Shown piece after piece: positions 10,971 to 20,717 of a stretch of 64,000 nucleotides of DNA. How positions within the stretch are numbered: the stretch's first letter is position 1; each line of letters starts with the position of its first letter. Below the pieces are notes generated by a model. It searched no databases and had not been told where the DNA came from. It saw nothing but the letters and a program-made list of their open reading frames with translations. The position numbers and the translations under genes were made by a program. Source of the DNA: an uncultured Alphaproteobacteria bacterium (lineage in GTDB: Bacteria; Pseudomonadota; Alphaproteobacteria; Rhizobiales; Xanthobacteraceae); assembly GCA_963821965.1 (NCBI GenBank), contig CAWGFY010000007.1:210887-274886 (forward strand). Reading direction: 5' to 3'.

Positions 10971-11840
10971 CTGCTGAGCGAGATCTCCGCCAGAATTGCA
11001 TCGCCGTCAACGGACGTCGCCACGCCGATTGGCCGCCGCGAATTGCTGCTCTGGATCGTGGTGTGTCTGTTTGCCAATCAGGCGTTGCTGCTGCTGGACG
11101 TCCAGTCGTTCGACGCCTTTGCCGCAAGCCTGTTGACCCAGAACGACATTTACTGGCTGGCCTGTGCAGTCGCAATCTATCGGCTGTATGTCAGCGACCA
11201 GGCGGTTCGCGCCAGTCGTCTCGATTGTGCGCTGGCGCTGGCGCTCGGTACTTGCATCCTGCTGAGCAGCCTTCTGCCGTACCGCTTCGGGATCGGCCTG
11301 CTCGCAACCGTGGTCGCCCTTTATCTCCTGCTGCTCGATCATGGCGATCGAAACCTGAAAGCGGCAGGCGGTGTGCTGCTTGCGGTCTCGACGCAACTGG
11401 TCTGGGGACCGATCCTGTTTCAGCTCTTCACGCCGGAATTGCTGAAAGCCGATGCGACGCTGGTCGGAACGACGCTGCTACAATTCCGGCCGGACATCGT
11501 CTGGAGCGGCACCAACTTTTTTGCGCCCGACGGTCATGCCGTTTCGCTCATTGCCGGATGCTCGTCGTTCAACAATGTCTCCAGCGCCGTGCTTGCTTGC
11601 GTGGCGGTCGCCATGTGGCGGCGCAACGAGTGGGTCCGCCAGGACATCGCAACCATCCTCATCGCGAGCTTCGCGATGATCCTGGTCAACACCGCGCGCA
11701 TCTGCCTGTTTGCCTGGAGCGACGACTATCGCCTCTATTGGCATGACGGCGCCGGCGCGCAGATCCTGGCTATCGCGCAGACAGTCGTCGTTCTCGCGAT
11801 CGCGTGGTGGGGTGCTGCGCCGTCGAAGCGAGTGCCATGA
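10971..11840 (+). CDS. Exosortase/archaeosortase-family membrane transpeptidase
   Basis: Multi-TM protein with the Cys-Arg-His triad in family context (LIAGCSS, LVNTARI, YWHDG); frame is open from 10959, CTG at 10971 follows GGGGGA (alternative start TTG 11043). Confidence 0.8.
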   Translation: MLSEISARIASPSTDVATPIGRRELLLWIVVCLFANQALLLLDVQSFDAFAASLLTQNDIYWLACAVAIYRLYVSDQAVRASRLDCALALALGTCILLSSLLPYRFGIGLLATVVALYLLLLDHGDRNLKAAGGVLLAVSTQLVWGPILFQLFTPELLKADATLVGTTLLQFRPDIVWSGTNFFAPDGHAVSLIAGCSSFNNVSSAVLACVAVAMWRRNEWVRQDIATILIASFAMILVNTARICLFAWSDDYRLYWHDGAGAQILAIAQTVVVLAIAWWGAAPSKRVP

Positions 11841-12388
11841 GCAAAGCCGCCGTTCGAGGCATCGCGGCCCTCGTATTGCTGCTCACGGTGGCGGTCCGAT
11901 TTCAAGCCGACCTGGCACGCCGGACGATGATGACGGAGTTCGATGCCAGCGCTGCGGTTGCGCAGGTCCTGCGCAACCACGGCCTCGAGTTGCGTGAGAA
12001 TCCGGTCAAGCCGCCGAGGGTGCTTTCCGTCGTCGTCTATTTCCAGCGCCCCGAATGCGACCGCGTCTCGCTGGTGCTGCCCTACTTCATCAATGCCGAG
12101 GCCGAGCCGCTGCTTGCACGCGTCACCGAGCCAGGCTTCGATCGCCATTTCTATTACATGGACTCGTCCTGGCAGGAGCAGCATCGCGTGTCGATGTTCC
12201 TCGCATGGGCAAAGTATGCGGTGCTCGATCTCCTGGGCGCCTCGCCCTATGTGCCCGTGAAGAAGGCGATCGTTGTTGCTGATCCGCCGGACTGCAATCC
12301 GTCGGTTGCCATCGACTGGCGACCGTTGTGGGAGAAGAAGCAAATTCCCGGCCCGGTGAATGCGGGTAGCAGCGCCGCCCGTAGTTGA
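11837..12388 (+). CDS. Exosortase-associated membrane-anchored protein (EpsI-like position)
   Basis: ATGA overlap with the exosortase stop; N-terminal TM followed by a soluble domain with 2 Cys. Confidence 0.7.
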   Translation: MSKAAVRGIAALVLLLTVAVRFQADLARRTMMTEFDASAAVAQVLRNHGLELRENPVKPPRVLSVVVYFQRPECDRVSLVLPYFINAEAEPLLARVTEPGFDRHFYYMDSSWQEQHRVSMFLAWAKYAVLDLLGASPYVPVKKAIVVADPPDCNPSVAIDWRPLWEKKQIPGPVNAGSSAARS

Positions 12389-12391
12389 TCG

Positions 12392-15079
12392 TCAGGAAGT
12401 TGGCGTGGCCACCGGCGTCGCCTGTCGCCGGAACAGGATGCGCTGGTATAGCCAGCCGATTGCGACCAGCACCAACCCCAGACAGATGAACGATAGCGCG
12501 CGGTAGACGCCCGTCAGGGTCGACATATCGACCAGGAAGGCTTTGGCGATCGTCAGTGCGATCACCGCAGCCGAGGCGAACCGCGCGCGCTGCGAATTGA
12601 CGACGATTCCGACACCAAGCAGCGCTACGCCGAAGGCGAGCCAGGCAATTGAATATGAGTATTGCTCTGCACCGGTGGTTGGACCGTAGATGATGTTCGG
12701 TCCGTGATAGAGTCTGCGGATTTCCAGCCAGATGTAGCTGAGCGCGAAGATCAACGCGCCGGCGGCAATTGTGTTGGCGTAGCGCACGCTGCGCTGCGCG
12801 GCCACGGCATAGGAGAGCAGCAGCATCAGCACGGAAGGCAGCAGATAGGCGAGCAGCAGCAGGTTGATGAAGCTGCCCTCGAGTCTGACACTGGACAACA
12901 TCGGGTTCTCGAGCACCAGCAATCCGAAAATGCCGATGAGTCCGGCAAGCACCGTGATCAGCAGCGCGCCGACATTATGCACGATGCTGCCGGTGCGCAG
13001 ACGCAAGCGCTCCAGCCCGATCGCCATCGCAAGCATGACGCAGGCTTCCAGCGCGAACTCCGCAAGCGAGGGAACGACGTGCGTGATGTCGCCGCCGTAG
13101 ACGGCGTGACGGATTTCCATGAAGGCGAGCAGCACCGTGAACAGGATCGCGGCCAATTCCACGGTGCGCAGCGGAGCGTCGTCGGCGCGCTGGCGCAGGA
13201 AATAGCTGCCGGTCCAGAACGACAGCGCGGGAATGCCGTAACCCCACAACAGCCAGTTGAAGATCGGCGTGGCGCCGATCGCGTCACCCGCGATGCGCGG
13301 CTCATAGCCGATCCGCAACACCACGATGCCGGCAAGCACCGCCGCAAGCGTGCGCAGGAACGGGATCGGCCGCTGCAGTGAAATCCAGGCCGTGCCGGCT
13401 GACATCAGCGCGAGCGCGATGGTGAGCCAGCCTTTCTCCAGCGCAAATGTCAGCGCCAGCGCCAGCGCGCCGAGCGCGCCGGTCGCGAACAGGGCGGTCG
13501 CAATCGCGACGCCGGGCCGGCTGTCGCGCCGGGCAAGGCTTTCGGTGGCTGCGCCGAAGGCGGCAGCGAGAATGACGGCGAGAATCGCAAAGGGGATCGA
13601 GCGATCAAGATGCGCGATGCGCGCGTAGAGCGCAATCAACAATGCGAGCGGCACGAACACCGCTGTCGCCGCCCAGGTCACGGTGATCCTGGCGGCACCG
13701 AAGCGGCCCTGCGCGAGGAAGCCGGCGACGCCGAATGCGACCGCGAAGATCGCCGCGGTGGTCATGTGCAACGATACCGATCCGTCCGTTGCCGATGGTC
13801 CGATCCCCGGCAAGGCTCCACCCGGCACCACAAGCATGTCGGGATTGCCGCGCACCGCCCATTCGGCGAACACGATGAAAATAAACGCCGCGGCCGCGCC
13901 GAGCGCACCGCTTGCTGCCGGCGCCCGCCACGCCACGAACATTGTGCCGGCGACCAGCACGGCGAAGGTAATCAGCGCCGAATCCGCATGGCCGCTCATC
14001 AGCACGATCAGCATCGCGCCGAACAGATAGGCGGCAAGCGAGGTGGACGAGATCGGCTCGACCTGATCGGGCCCGATCTCGGGACCGAACGCGAAGCCGC
14101 ACACCACCAGCAGGCTTGCGAGGATGAGGCCCGTGACGACGTGGAAGGCGTGTGGAGCGACCATCGAGGGGCCGCAGTCCAGGCAGGGCAGGGTCCAGAG
14201 CAACGCAAACACGATCGTCGTGATCGCCAGCCAGCGCCACAGGCGGATGCGCGCGAGCGCCAGCGCTGCAGCGGTGACGATTGCGAGATAGACATAGAGC
14301 GCCCAGTAATCGGGTTGCTCCGAAGACACCAATAGCGGCGTGACAAAGCCGGCGGCGACGCCGAGCCCGGCCAGTGCCGGTCCATGTAGTAGCGCAGCGG
14401 CGAGCGTGCCCAGCGCGACCATGCCGAGCAGGATGAAGGCGGTGGCGGGCGCGATGAAGCCATAGAGCGCGTAGGCGGCGTAGACGGTGGCAAAGGCCAC
14501 CGCGGTGCCGGCCGCGGTCAGGATTGCCGGGATATTGGCGATCGGGAGCGCGACGATGTCGGAGATGCTTTCCTTGCGCCGTGTCCATTCACCGGCGGCA
14601 AGCAGCGCAAGTGCAAACAGGCCGCCGAGCGCGACTCGCACGCGCGGACCGAGTAGACCCGCCTCGATCGAGTAGCGCACCATGAAGAAACCGCCGAGCG
14701 CGAGCGTGAGCCCGCCGATCCAGACCACCCAGCGGGTGCCGATCCGTTCCTCGAAGCCGGGCTCGGCTGGCGACAAGGGCGGCGGCGCAGCGCCGGCCGC
14801 AGGCTCGGCCTCCGCGGCCTCAGGCGTGGCGACCGTTGGAGGCGGTTCGACCGCGGCCGGTGCAGATGGCGGAGCTTGTTCGAATTGCAGTAGCGGCGGC
14901 GGGGCCGACTGCGTCGACGCCGTGACTCTTGTTGCCTCCAGTCTATCGAGACGCGCGCGCAGATCCTCGACACGTTGATAAGCCTTGCGTGCGAAGATGA
15001 TCGCGGCGATCGCGAGCACCAGCGAAATGAAGATGATCGCCAGCACCTGCGTAATCGGGTCGAACGGCAAATCGAACAT
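12392..15079 (-). CDS. DUF2339-family large membrane protein
   Basis: FEERIGTRWVVWIGG, many TM helices, C-terminal K-FL-D...R-LSFI-LG-L-IGW-Y. Confidence 0.88.
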   Translation of the reverse strand: MFDLPFDPITQVLAIIFISLVLAIAAIIFARKAYQRVEDLRARLDRLEATRVTASTQSAPPPLLQFEQAPPSAPAAVEPPPTVATPEAAEAEPAAGAAPPPLSPAEPGFEERIGTRWVVWIGGLTLALGGFFMVRYSIEAGLLGPRVRVALGGLFALALLAAGEWTRRKESISDIVALPIANIPAILTAAGTAVAFATVYAAYALYGFIAPATAFILLGMVALGTLAAALLHGPALAGLGVAAGFVTPLLVSSEQPDYWALYVYLAIVTAAALALARIRLWRWLAITTIVFALLWTLPCLDCGPSMVAPHAFHVVTGLILASLLVVCGFAFGPEIGPDQVEPISSTSLAAYLFGAMLIVLMSGHADSALITFAVLVAGTMFVAWRAPAASGALGAAAAFIFIVFAEWAVRGNPDMLVVPGGALPGIGPSATDGSVSLHMTTAAIFAVAFGVAGFLAQGRFGAARITVTWAATAVFVPLALLIALYARIAHLDRSIPFAILAVILAAAFGAATESLARRDSRPGVAIATALFATGALGALALALTFALEKGWLTIALALMSAGTAWISLQRPIPFLRTLAAVLAGIVVLRIGYEPRIAGDAIGATPIFNWLLWGYGIPALSFWTGSYFLRQRADDAPLRTVELAAILFTVLLAFMEIRHAVYGGDITHVVPSLAEFALEACVMLAMAIGLERLRLRTGSIVHNVGALLITVLAGLIGIFGLLVLENPMLSSVRLEGSFINLLLLAYLLPSVLMLLLSYAVAAQRSVRYANTIAAGALIFALSYIWLEIRRLYHGPNIIYGPTTGAEQYSYSIAWLAFGVALLGVGIVVNSQRARFASAAVIALTIAKAFLVDMSTLTGVYRALSFICLGLVLVAIGWLYQRILFRRQATPVATPTS

Positions 15080-15111
15080 GCTGACCGGCTTTCCGGGAAA
15101 CGATTAAATCT

Positions 15112-16092
15112 TCAGCGCCGGCCGCGAACGCGCAGGCCCGGTGCCGGACGCTCCTGCAACACCTCGCGGCGGAAACGAAACAGCGCGGCGGGACGTCCGC
15201 CGGTCTGTGTCGACATCACGCCGGTCGGTTCAACCAGGGTGCCGGCTTCGACCAGCCTGCGGAAATTCTGTTTGTGCAGGTGACGCCCCGAGATCGCCTC
15301 GACGGTCCGCTGCAATTCAGTGAGTGTGAACTCCGGGGGCAAAAGTTCAAATACGACGGGGCGATATTTCAGTTTTGCGCGCAATCGGGCAATCGCGGTC
15401 GCGAGGATGCGCCGGTGATCGAAGCGCATTGAGACGCCAAGCGAAGGAAGCGACCTGCGCGCCAATGCCGCAGGCCGTCCATCGCGGCGAGCTTCCTCGA
15501 CCAGTCCCGCTTCGTACAGCAGCTCGTAGCGGTCGAGCACGCGCTCCTCGTCCCAATGGGCGCCCTCGGTGCCGAAATTGAGCCGCACGCGATCTTTGCG
15601 CGGCAGCGCCCGCGCCGTTTCCGGCGCCTCGCCCTGTTCGGCCCATTTGGTCAGTTCGGGAAGGATGTCGTGCTCGATGATCTCGGGCCGCGCTTCGCGC
15701 CAGTCCTCCCATGGGAAGAAGCGGTACCAGGGCTCGAAGGTCGCGCCGGGCGCGCGCGATGCATTGTTGTCGGCGGCGCGCGTCAGCGCGAGATAGCCGA
15801 TGGAGGCGACGTGCATCTCGGTGTCGCCGGCTTGCGTGTGCCGGCCACGGTCGCCGAATGTATACAGCTGCTCGACATAGCCGAGCCGCAGTCCGGTCTG
15901 CTCCTCCACCCAGGCGCGCAGGCCGATCTCGAAGGTGCGGTGCGAGACCGCATCGAACGGGCCGAACGGAAGGCCGTCGAGCTTGTCGCCACCGGTGCCC
16001 GACGCGGTGAGGATCAAGGGCTCGTTGCCCTCGATCGCGACGATGGCCGCCGTGAGGCCGATCTCGATCGGCGTCAGAAGGTTGTCGCTCAT
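15112..16092 (-). CDS. nadQ: NrtR-family NAD regulator NadQ (degenerate Nudix + wHTH)
   Basis: YVEQLYTFGDRGR, FDHRRILATA, FTLTELQRTVEAI, HKQNFRR, GGRPAALFRF; cognate box is present upstream of nadABC. Confidence 0.88.
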   Translation of the reverse strand: MSDNLLTPIEIGLTAAIVAIEGNEPLILTASGTGGDKLDGLPFGPFDAVSHRTFEIGLRAWVEEQTGLRLGYVEQLYTFGDRGRHTQAGDTEMHVASIGYLALTRAADNNASRAPGATFEPWYRFFPWEDWREARPEIIEHDILPELTKWAEQGEAPETARALPRKDRVRLNFGTEGAHWDEERVLDRYELLYEAGLVEEARRDGRPAALARRSLPSLGVSMRFDHRRILATAIARLRAKLKYRPVVFELLPPEFTLTELQRTVEAISGRHLHKQNFRRLVEAGTLVEPTGVMSTQTGGRPAALFRFRREVLQERPAPGLRVRGRR

Positions 16093-16117
16093 GTGGCGCC
16101 GGTCGGATGCATGAGGA

Positions 16118-16624
16118 TCAGTCGAGCTCGAGCAGGAAAGGCTTGCCTTCGACCATCATGCTGGCAGGGCCGATCTCCTCGAGCGCGCGCACCATGCGCC
16201 CCTCGCGCCCAAGTGCCTTGTCGGCGAGCGCGACGATCAGCCGGTTGGGAGATGCGATCGGGGAGGCTGCGCGAAGCTTCCTTGCGATCTCGAACTCGTC
16301 GCGGTGTGGGTTCAGCGCGCAGGCCGCGGCAAAGGCGCTCGCCGTGGAGCGGCTGACGCCGGCCCAGCAATGGATCACCAGCGGCGCGCCGCGGTCCCAG
16401 CCGCGCACAAAGCCGAGCACCCGCGCAACATGGTTTTCCGACGGCATGACATAGCCGTCCATCGGCTCGGTGATATCGTCAACCGCCACCTTCAAATGGT
16501 TGGCGGGAAGCACCGAGACTGGACGCGCCACCTGATCGACGTTGCCCATGACCGTCAGCACATGGCTGGCGCCGGTCAGGCGTACGGTTTCGGGCAGGGC
16601 GGCAAGCGAGCAGACGTGAATCAT
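16118..16624 (-). CDS. Protein-tyrosine-phosphatase-like protein
   Basis: CX5R motif IHCWAGVSRS. Confidence 0.85.
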   Translation of the reverse strand: MIHVCSLAALPETVRLTGASHVLTVMGNVDQVARPVSVLPANHLKVAVDDITEPMDGYVMPSENHVARVLGFVRGWDRGAPLVIHCWAGVSRSTASAFAAACALNPHRDEFEIARKLRAASPIASPNRLIVALADKALGREGRMVRALEEIGPASMMVEGKPFLLELD

Positions 16625-16694
16625 GGCAGTCCTTGTTGAGGCGGTGAATATAGGCCCCCTGACGACGCCGTGAAAGCAGGTTCGAGCGGTGTCT

Positions 16695-17303
16695 TCAATC
16701 CTGCAAAGTATTGAATCTTGCGAGGAGCCGCTTCTCGGCCTTGGCCGCGCTCCACGGCGTCAGATAGTCGTCGCGCACGCTGGCGGTGAGGCCGGGATCG
16801 CGGCCGAACAGGCGCCTGGCCTCCGCCTCGCGAAAGCCTGCGAGCACGGTCGCCTCGAGATAGGCGGCGCCGCGGTCGGCATGCTTGATCTGTTGCGTGA
16901 TTTCGTCAGCCAGCACTGCCGGCAGGCCGAAGCGGATGTGGATGGCCGCGAGCAGCCGCTTCTCAACCAACTTGTAGTCGCCGCCGAGCACGGCCTTGAA
17001 CGGCGAGATCATGTCGCCGATGACATATTCCGGCGCATCATGCAGCAGCGCCGCGAGCCGCAGGCGTGCATCGATCCGCGGGTTCTGCAGGCGCATCACG
17101 GCTTCGACCAGCAGCGTGTGCTGCGCCACGGAGAAGATATGCGCGCCGCTGGTCTGGCCGTTCCAGCGTGCCACCCGCGCCAGCCCGTGCGCGATGTCGA
17201 CAATCTCGATGTCGAGCGGCGAGGGATCGAGGAGATCGAGCCGCCGTCCCGACAGCATCCGCTGCCAGACGCGGGTGTCGGCGGCGGACGGCTTCTTCGT
17301 CAT
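16695..17303 (-). CDS. HD-family hydrolase (YfbR-like 5'-deoxynucleotidase)
   Basis: RWNGQT, FSVAQH, LLHDAPEY; start overlaps the tag stop. Confidence 0.88.
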   Translation of the reverse strand: MTKKPSAADTRVWQRMLSGRRLDLLDPSPLDIEIVDIAHGLARVARWNGQTSGAHIFSVAQHTLLVEAVMRLQNPRIDARLRLAALLHDAPEYVIGDMISPFKAVLGGDYKLVEKRLLAAIHIRFGLPAVLADEITQQIKHADRGAAYLEATVLAGFREAEARRLFGRDPGLTASVRDDYLTPWSAAKAEKRLLARFNTLQD

Positions 17304-17926
17304 TTGGCATTCAGGCGCGGAGTGCGGCGCCTGGCGCCGCACGCCTCGTGGCAGAAGCAGGTGACGAGATGGTCGTTGACCATGCCGGTCGCCTGCATGA
17401 AGGCATAGACGATGGTCGGGCCGACGAATTTGAAGCCGCGCGACGACAGCTCCTTCGAGATCCTGATCGACAGCGGTGTCGAGGCCGGCACGCTCGCCGT
17501 GGTCTTGAACTGGTTCACCTTCGGCTTGCCGTCGACGAAGCCCCACAGCAATTTCGAGAAGCCCGCGCCGTCCTCCATGATCTTCAGATAAGACTTCGCG
17601 CTCTCGATCGTGCCCTCGATCTTGGCGCGATTGCGCACGATGCCGACGTCATTCATCAGCGCGTGGATCTTCTTCGCGTTGTAGCGCGCGATTTTCTCCG
17701 GCCGGAAATCGTCGAAGGCGCGGCGGAAATTGTCGCGCTTGCGCAGGATCGTGATCCAGGAGAGTCCGGCCTGAAAACCGTCGAGAATCAGCTTCTCATA
17801 GAGCGCGCGGTCGTCATATTCCGGCACGCCCCATTCGGTGTCGTGATAGGCGACGTAGATCGGGTCTTCGCCGGGCCAGGGGCAGCGCGTCTTGCCGTCG
17901 GGATGCAGTCGCGCGGTGCGGCTCAT
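17300..17926 (-). CDS. tag: DNA-3-methyladenine glycosylase I
   Basis: RCPW, YHDTEWG, FQAGLSW, FKFVGPT, NDHLVTC. Confidence 0.95.
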   Translation of the reverse strand: MSRTARLHPDGKTRCPWPGEDPIYVAYHDTEWGVPEYDDRALYEKLILDGFQAGLSWITILRKRDNFRRAFDDFRPEKIARYNAKKIHALMNDVGIVRNRAKIEGTIESAKSYLKIMEDGAGFSKLLWGFVDGKPKVNQFKTTASVPASTPLSIRISKELSSRGFKFVGPTIVYAFMQATGMVNDHLVTCFCHEACGARRRTPRLNAK

Positions 17927-18804
17927 GCGATGGTCTGTTTTGGCTCGGTGCGAACGGAATTGGGATCGGCAAGCCGCAGCCCGAGCCCACCGGAGGTGAG
18001 CGTGACGCCGGCCTCGAGCGCATCGGCGACGCGATCGATACGGACAAGCGCCAGGCCGTTCTGCCCGGCAGCCGAACCCATGGTGCCGACCTGCTTCTCG
18101 CCGGCGAGAATCGGCCTGCCTGCCTCCGATGCGAAATCGTCGAACACCACCTTCACCATGCGCGTGCGCGCAGTGCCGCGATGCTGTATCCGCGACACCA
18201 CCTCCTGACCGACATAGCAGCCCTTGTCGAAATCGACGCCATGCAGGCGGTCCATGTTGGTCTCGTGCGGGAAGGCATCGCCATACATGAAGTCGAGCCC
18301 GCCGCGCGGCGCGCCGCAGGCGATCCGGTGCGCCTCATAAGCCGAGTCATCGACAAGCTCGGCGCCGATGAGGGCTGCTACCTTCGGCGCCAGTTCTTGC
18401 GGGGCCAAAGTGCGCCAACCCAGCGCCGCATCGCGGGGGTCGGGGAAAGCAAGATCGGGCTTCATCGCGGGCTCGCCGTCCCATGCCGCAATCACACCCA
18501 TATTGTCGGAGAGGTTCTCGACCGCGACCTTCGCGCGCAGCTTATAGAAGCCGAGCTTGTTGGTGAGGTCCTGCGCCAGCGGCCGCGGGCAATCGATCAG
18601 AAAGCCGCCGCCGTGTCCGGCAGGCGCTTCCGTGATCAGGAAATCGATGATGATCTTGCCCTGTGGCGTGAGCAGCGCGCCGAACCGCCCCTGTCCTGGC
18701 GCAAGCTGCGTCATATCTGTCGTGACAAGGCCGTTGAGAAAGTTACGCGCATCCTCGCCGGATACCTTGACCACGCCCCGATCGGGAAGAAACGCTGCCT
18801 TCAT
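17923..18804 (-). CDS. ygfZ: Folate-binding Fe-S assembly/tRNA-modification protein YgfZ
   Basis: KGCYVGQE signature; LLTPQGK. Confidence 0.92.
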   Translation of the reverse strand: MKAAFLPDRGVVKVSGEDARNFLNGLVTTDMTQLAPGQGRFGALLTPQGKIIIDFLITEAPAGHGGGFLIDCPRPLAQDLTNKLGFYKLRAKVAVENLSDNMGVIAAWDGEPAMKPDLAFPDPRDAALGWRTLAPQELAPKVAALIGAELVDDSAYEAHRIACGAPRGGLDFMYGDAFPHETNMDRLHGVDFDKGCYVGQEVVSRIQHRGTARTRMVKVVFDDFASEAGRPILAGEKQVGTMGSAAGQNGLALVRIDRVADALEAGVTLTSGGLGLRLADPNSVRTEPKQTIA

Positions 18805-18922
18805 GTCGCGAAGTTTCTCTTCAAGTTCTTGTTGAAAGCCAGTTAGCTGATGTTGCAGTGGAACGTAAGCCGCTAAGGTCCGCCTCACAAGGCCCGTGCG
18901 GCCGCTAGTTCTGATGAAAGCC

Positions 18923-20260
18923 ATGAATCAACGTTTTGATACCATTCTAAAATCCGGCACCGTGGTCAATCAGGACGGTGAGGGCGTCCGCGACATCGGC
19001 ATCAAGGACGGCCGCATCGCCGAGATCGGCGGATTGGGACAGGCCGCCGCCGAAGTGATCGACTGCAAGGGCCTGCACATCCTGCCCGGCGTAATGGACA
19101 CGCAGGTGCATTTCCGCGAGCCGGGGCTGACCCACAAGGAGGATCTCGAGACGGGCTCGCTTAGCGCCGTCATGGGCGGGGTCACGGCGGTGTTCGAGAT
19201 GCCGAACACCGACCCCTTGACTGTCACGGAAGCTGCCTTCACCGACAAGATCACGCGCGGCCGGCATCGCATGCATTGCGATTTCGCCTTCTTCATCGGC
19301 GGCACCCGCGAGAATGTTCAGGATCTGCCTGAACTGGAGCGCGCGCCGGGTTGTGCCGGGGTAAAGGTCTTCATCGGCTCCTCGACAGGCGCTCTCCTGG
19401 TCGAGGATGATGCGAGCCTGCGCCGCATCTTCCAGGTGATTCGCCGCCGGGCCGCTTTTCATGCCGAGGACGAATATCGGCTCAATGAGCGCAAGCCGCT
19501 GCGTGTCGGGGGCGATCCGCGCTCGCACCCGGTATGGCGCGACGAGACCGCGGCACTGATGGCGACCGAGCGCCTGGTCAACCTCGCGCGCGAGACAGGC
19601 AAGCGCATCCATGTGTTGCATATCTCGACCAAGCAGGAGATTGAATATCTGCGCGACCACAAGGACGTCGCTTCCTGCGAGGCGACGCCGCATCATCTGA
19701 GCATGGCCGCGCCCGAATGCTACGAGCGGCTCGGCACCCGCGCGCAGATGAACCCGCCGGTGCGCTCGGCCGATCATCGCGAGGGCATCTGGCGCGGCAT
19801 CGCGCAGGGCATCGTCGACGTGCTCGGCTCCGACCATGCGCCGCATACGCTGGAAGAGAAGGCGAAGACCTATCCGGCGTCACCCTCGGGCATGACGGGT
19901 GTGCAGACGCTGGTGCCTGTCATGCTGGACCACGTCAATGCGGGGCGGTTGTCGCTGGCGCGCTTTGTCGATCTCACCAGCGCCGGCCCCGCGCGCCTGT
20001 TCAACATCGCGTGCAAGGGCCGGATCGCGGCCGGCTATGACGCCGATTTCACGGTGGTCGATCTCAAGCGCAGCGAGACGATCACGAACAAGTGGGTCGC
20101 CTCGAAGGCCGGCTGGACGCCTTACGACGGGATGCGGGTCACCGGCTGGCCGGTAGGTACCTTCGTGCGCGGCAAGCGCGTGATGTGGCAGGGCGAACTG
20201 GTGACACGGTCTTCGGGTGAGCCGGTGCGGTTCCTGGAGACGCTGAGGCCGAGCGCATGA
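18923..20260 (+). CDS. pyrC: Dihydroorotase (long type)
   Basis: DTQVHFREPG, EMPNT, MNPPVR, GSDHAPH. Confidence 0.88.
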   Translation: MNQRFDTILKSGTVVNQDGEGVRDIGIKDGRIAEIGGLGQAAAEVIDCKGLHILPGVMDTQVHFREPGLTHKEDLETGSLSAVMGGVTAVFEMPNTDPLTVTEAAFTDKITRGRHRMHCDFAFFIGGTRENVQDLPELERAPGCAGVKVFIGSSTGALLVEDDASLRRIFQVIRRRAAFHAEDEYRLNERKPLRVGGDPRSHPVWRDETAALMATERLVNLARETGKRIHVLHISTKQEIEYLRDHKDVASCEATPHHLSMAAPECYERLGTRAQMNPPVRSADHREGIWRGIAQGIVDVLGSDHAPHTLEEKAKTYPASPSGMTGVQTLVPVMLDHVNAGRLSLARFVDLTSAGPARLFNIACKGRIAAGYDADFTVVDLKRSETITNKWVASKAGWTPYDGMRVTGWPVGTFVRGKRVMWQGELVTRSSGEPVRFLETLRPSA

Positions 20261-20300
20261 TCCGGAAAAGTGGACACCGGTTTTCCGAAAACATCATGCG
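20254..20300. repeat. Short rhizobial palindromic repeat overlapping the pyrC stop
   Basis: CGCATGAT-CCGGAAAAGTGGACACCGGTTTTCCG-AAAAC-ATCATGCG nested inverted repeats. Confidence 0.75.
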
Positions 20301-20314
20301 TAGATGAGAGAGGC

Positions 20315-20581
20315 TTACTGCTTCGCCAGCGCGACGGAGAATTCGCCGTTGCGCACGCGCGCCGGCAATCCCTCGACGAATTTCGCGACTGCGTCCTCGC
20401 CATAGGTTCCGACCAGTTCGGCCAGCGCCGCAAACAGGCTCGCCTGCGCAAGACAATCGCCGTCGACGCCATCATGGCGTGCATCGGCCCAGGCCTCGTT
20501 GAGATAGGAGAGCGCGGCCCGCTTCTGCTCGTTGTCGGGTAGGGGGTCGCGGACGGGGCTGAAGGGGTGGGAATGGGGCAT
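20315..20581 (-). CDS. Small hypothetical protein
   Basis: 88-aa helical protein (ALSYLNEAWADAR...ELVGTYGEDAVAKF), host-like codon usage. Confidence 0.75.
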   Translation of the reverse strand: MPHSHPFSPVRDPLPDNEQKRAALSYLNEAWADARHDGVDGDCLAQASLFAALAELVGTYGEDAVAKFVEGLPARVRNGEFSVALAKQ

Positions 20582-20675
20582 GAACTCAACAGGCAAACTT
20601 GCGCGTTTGCCGGGAGCGGAAACGCGTCGCAGGAGCGAGGTGTAGCATGCGCCGCGCACACGCCTAGGCCAGTTC

Positions 20676-20691
20676 TTTAGGAAAGGTTAAC
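20676..20691. promoter_or_regulatory. Candidate CtrA box
   Basis: TTTA-N7-TTAAC, one mismatch to TTAA-N7-TTAAC, ~95 bp upstream of the 20315..20581 gene. Confidence 0.45.
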
Positions 20692-20717
20692 GCGGTTTTC
20701 GATATTTGAATGGTCTC

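Noticed and set aside
10928-11746. 272-aa ORF overlapping the exosortase in another frame
   Set aside because: Arg/Ala/Pro-rich shadow frame; the hydrophobic frame carries the catalytic motifs and couples to the next gene.
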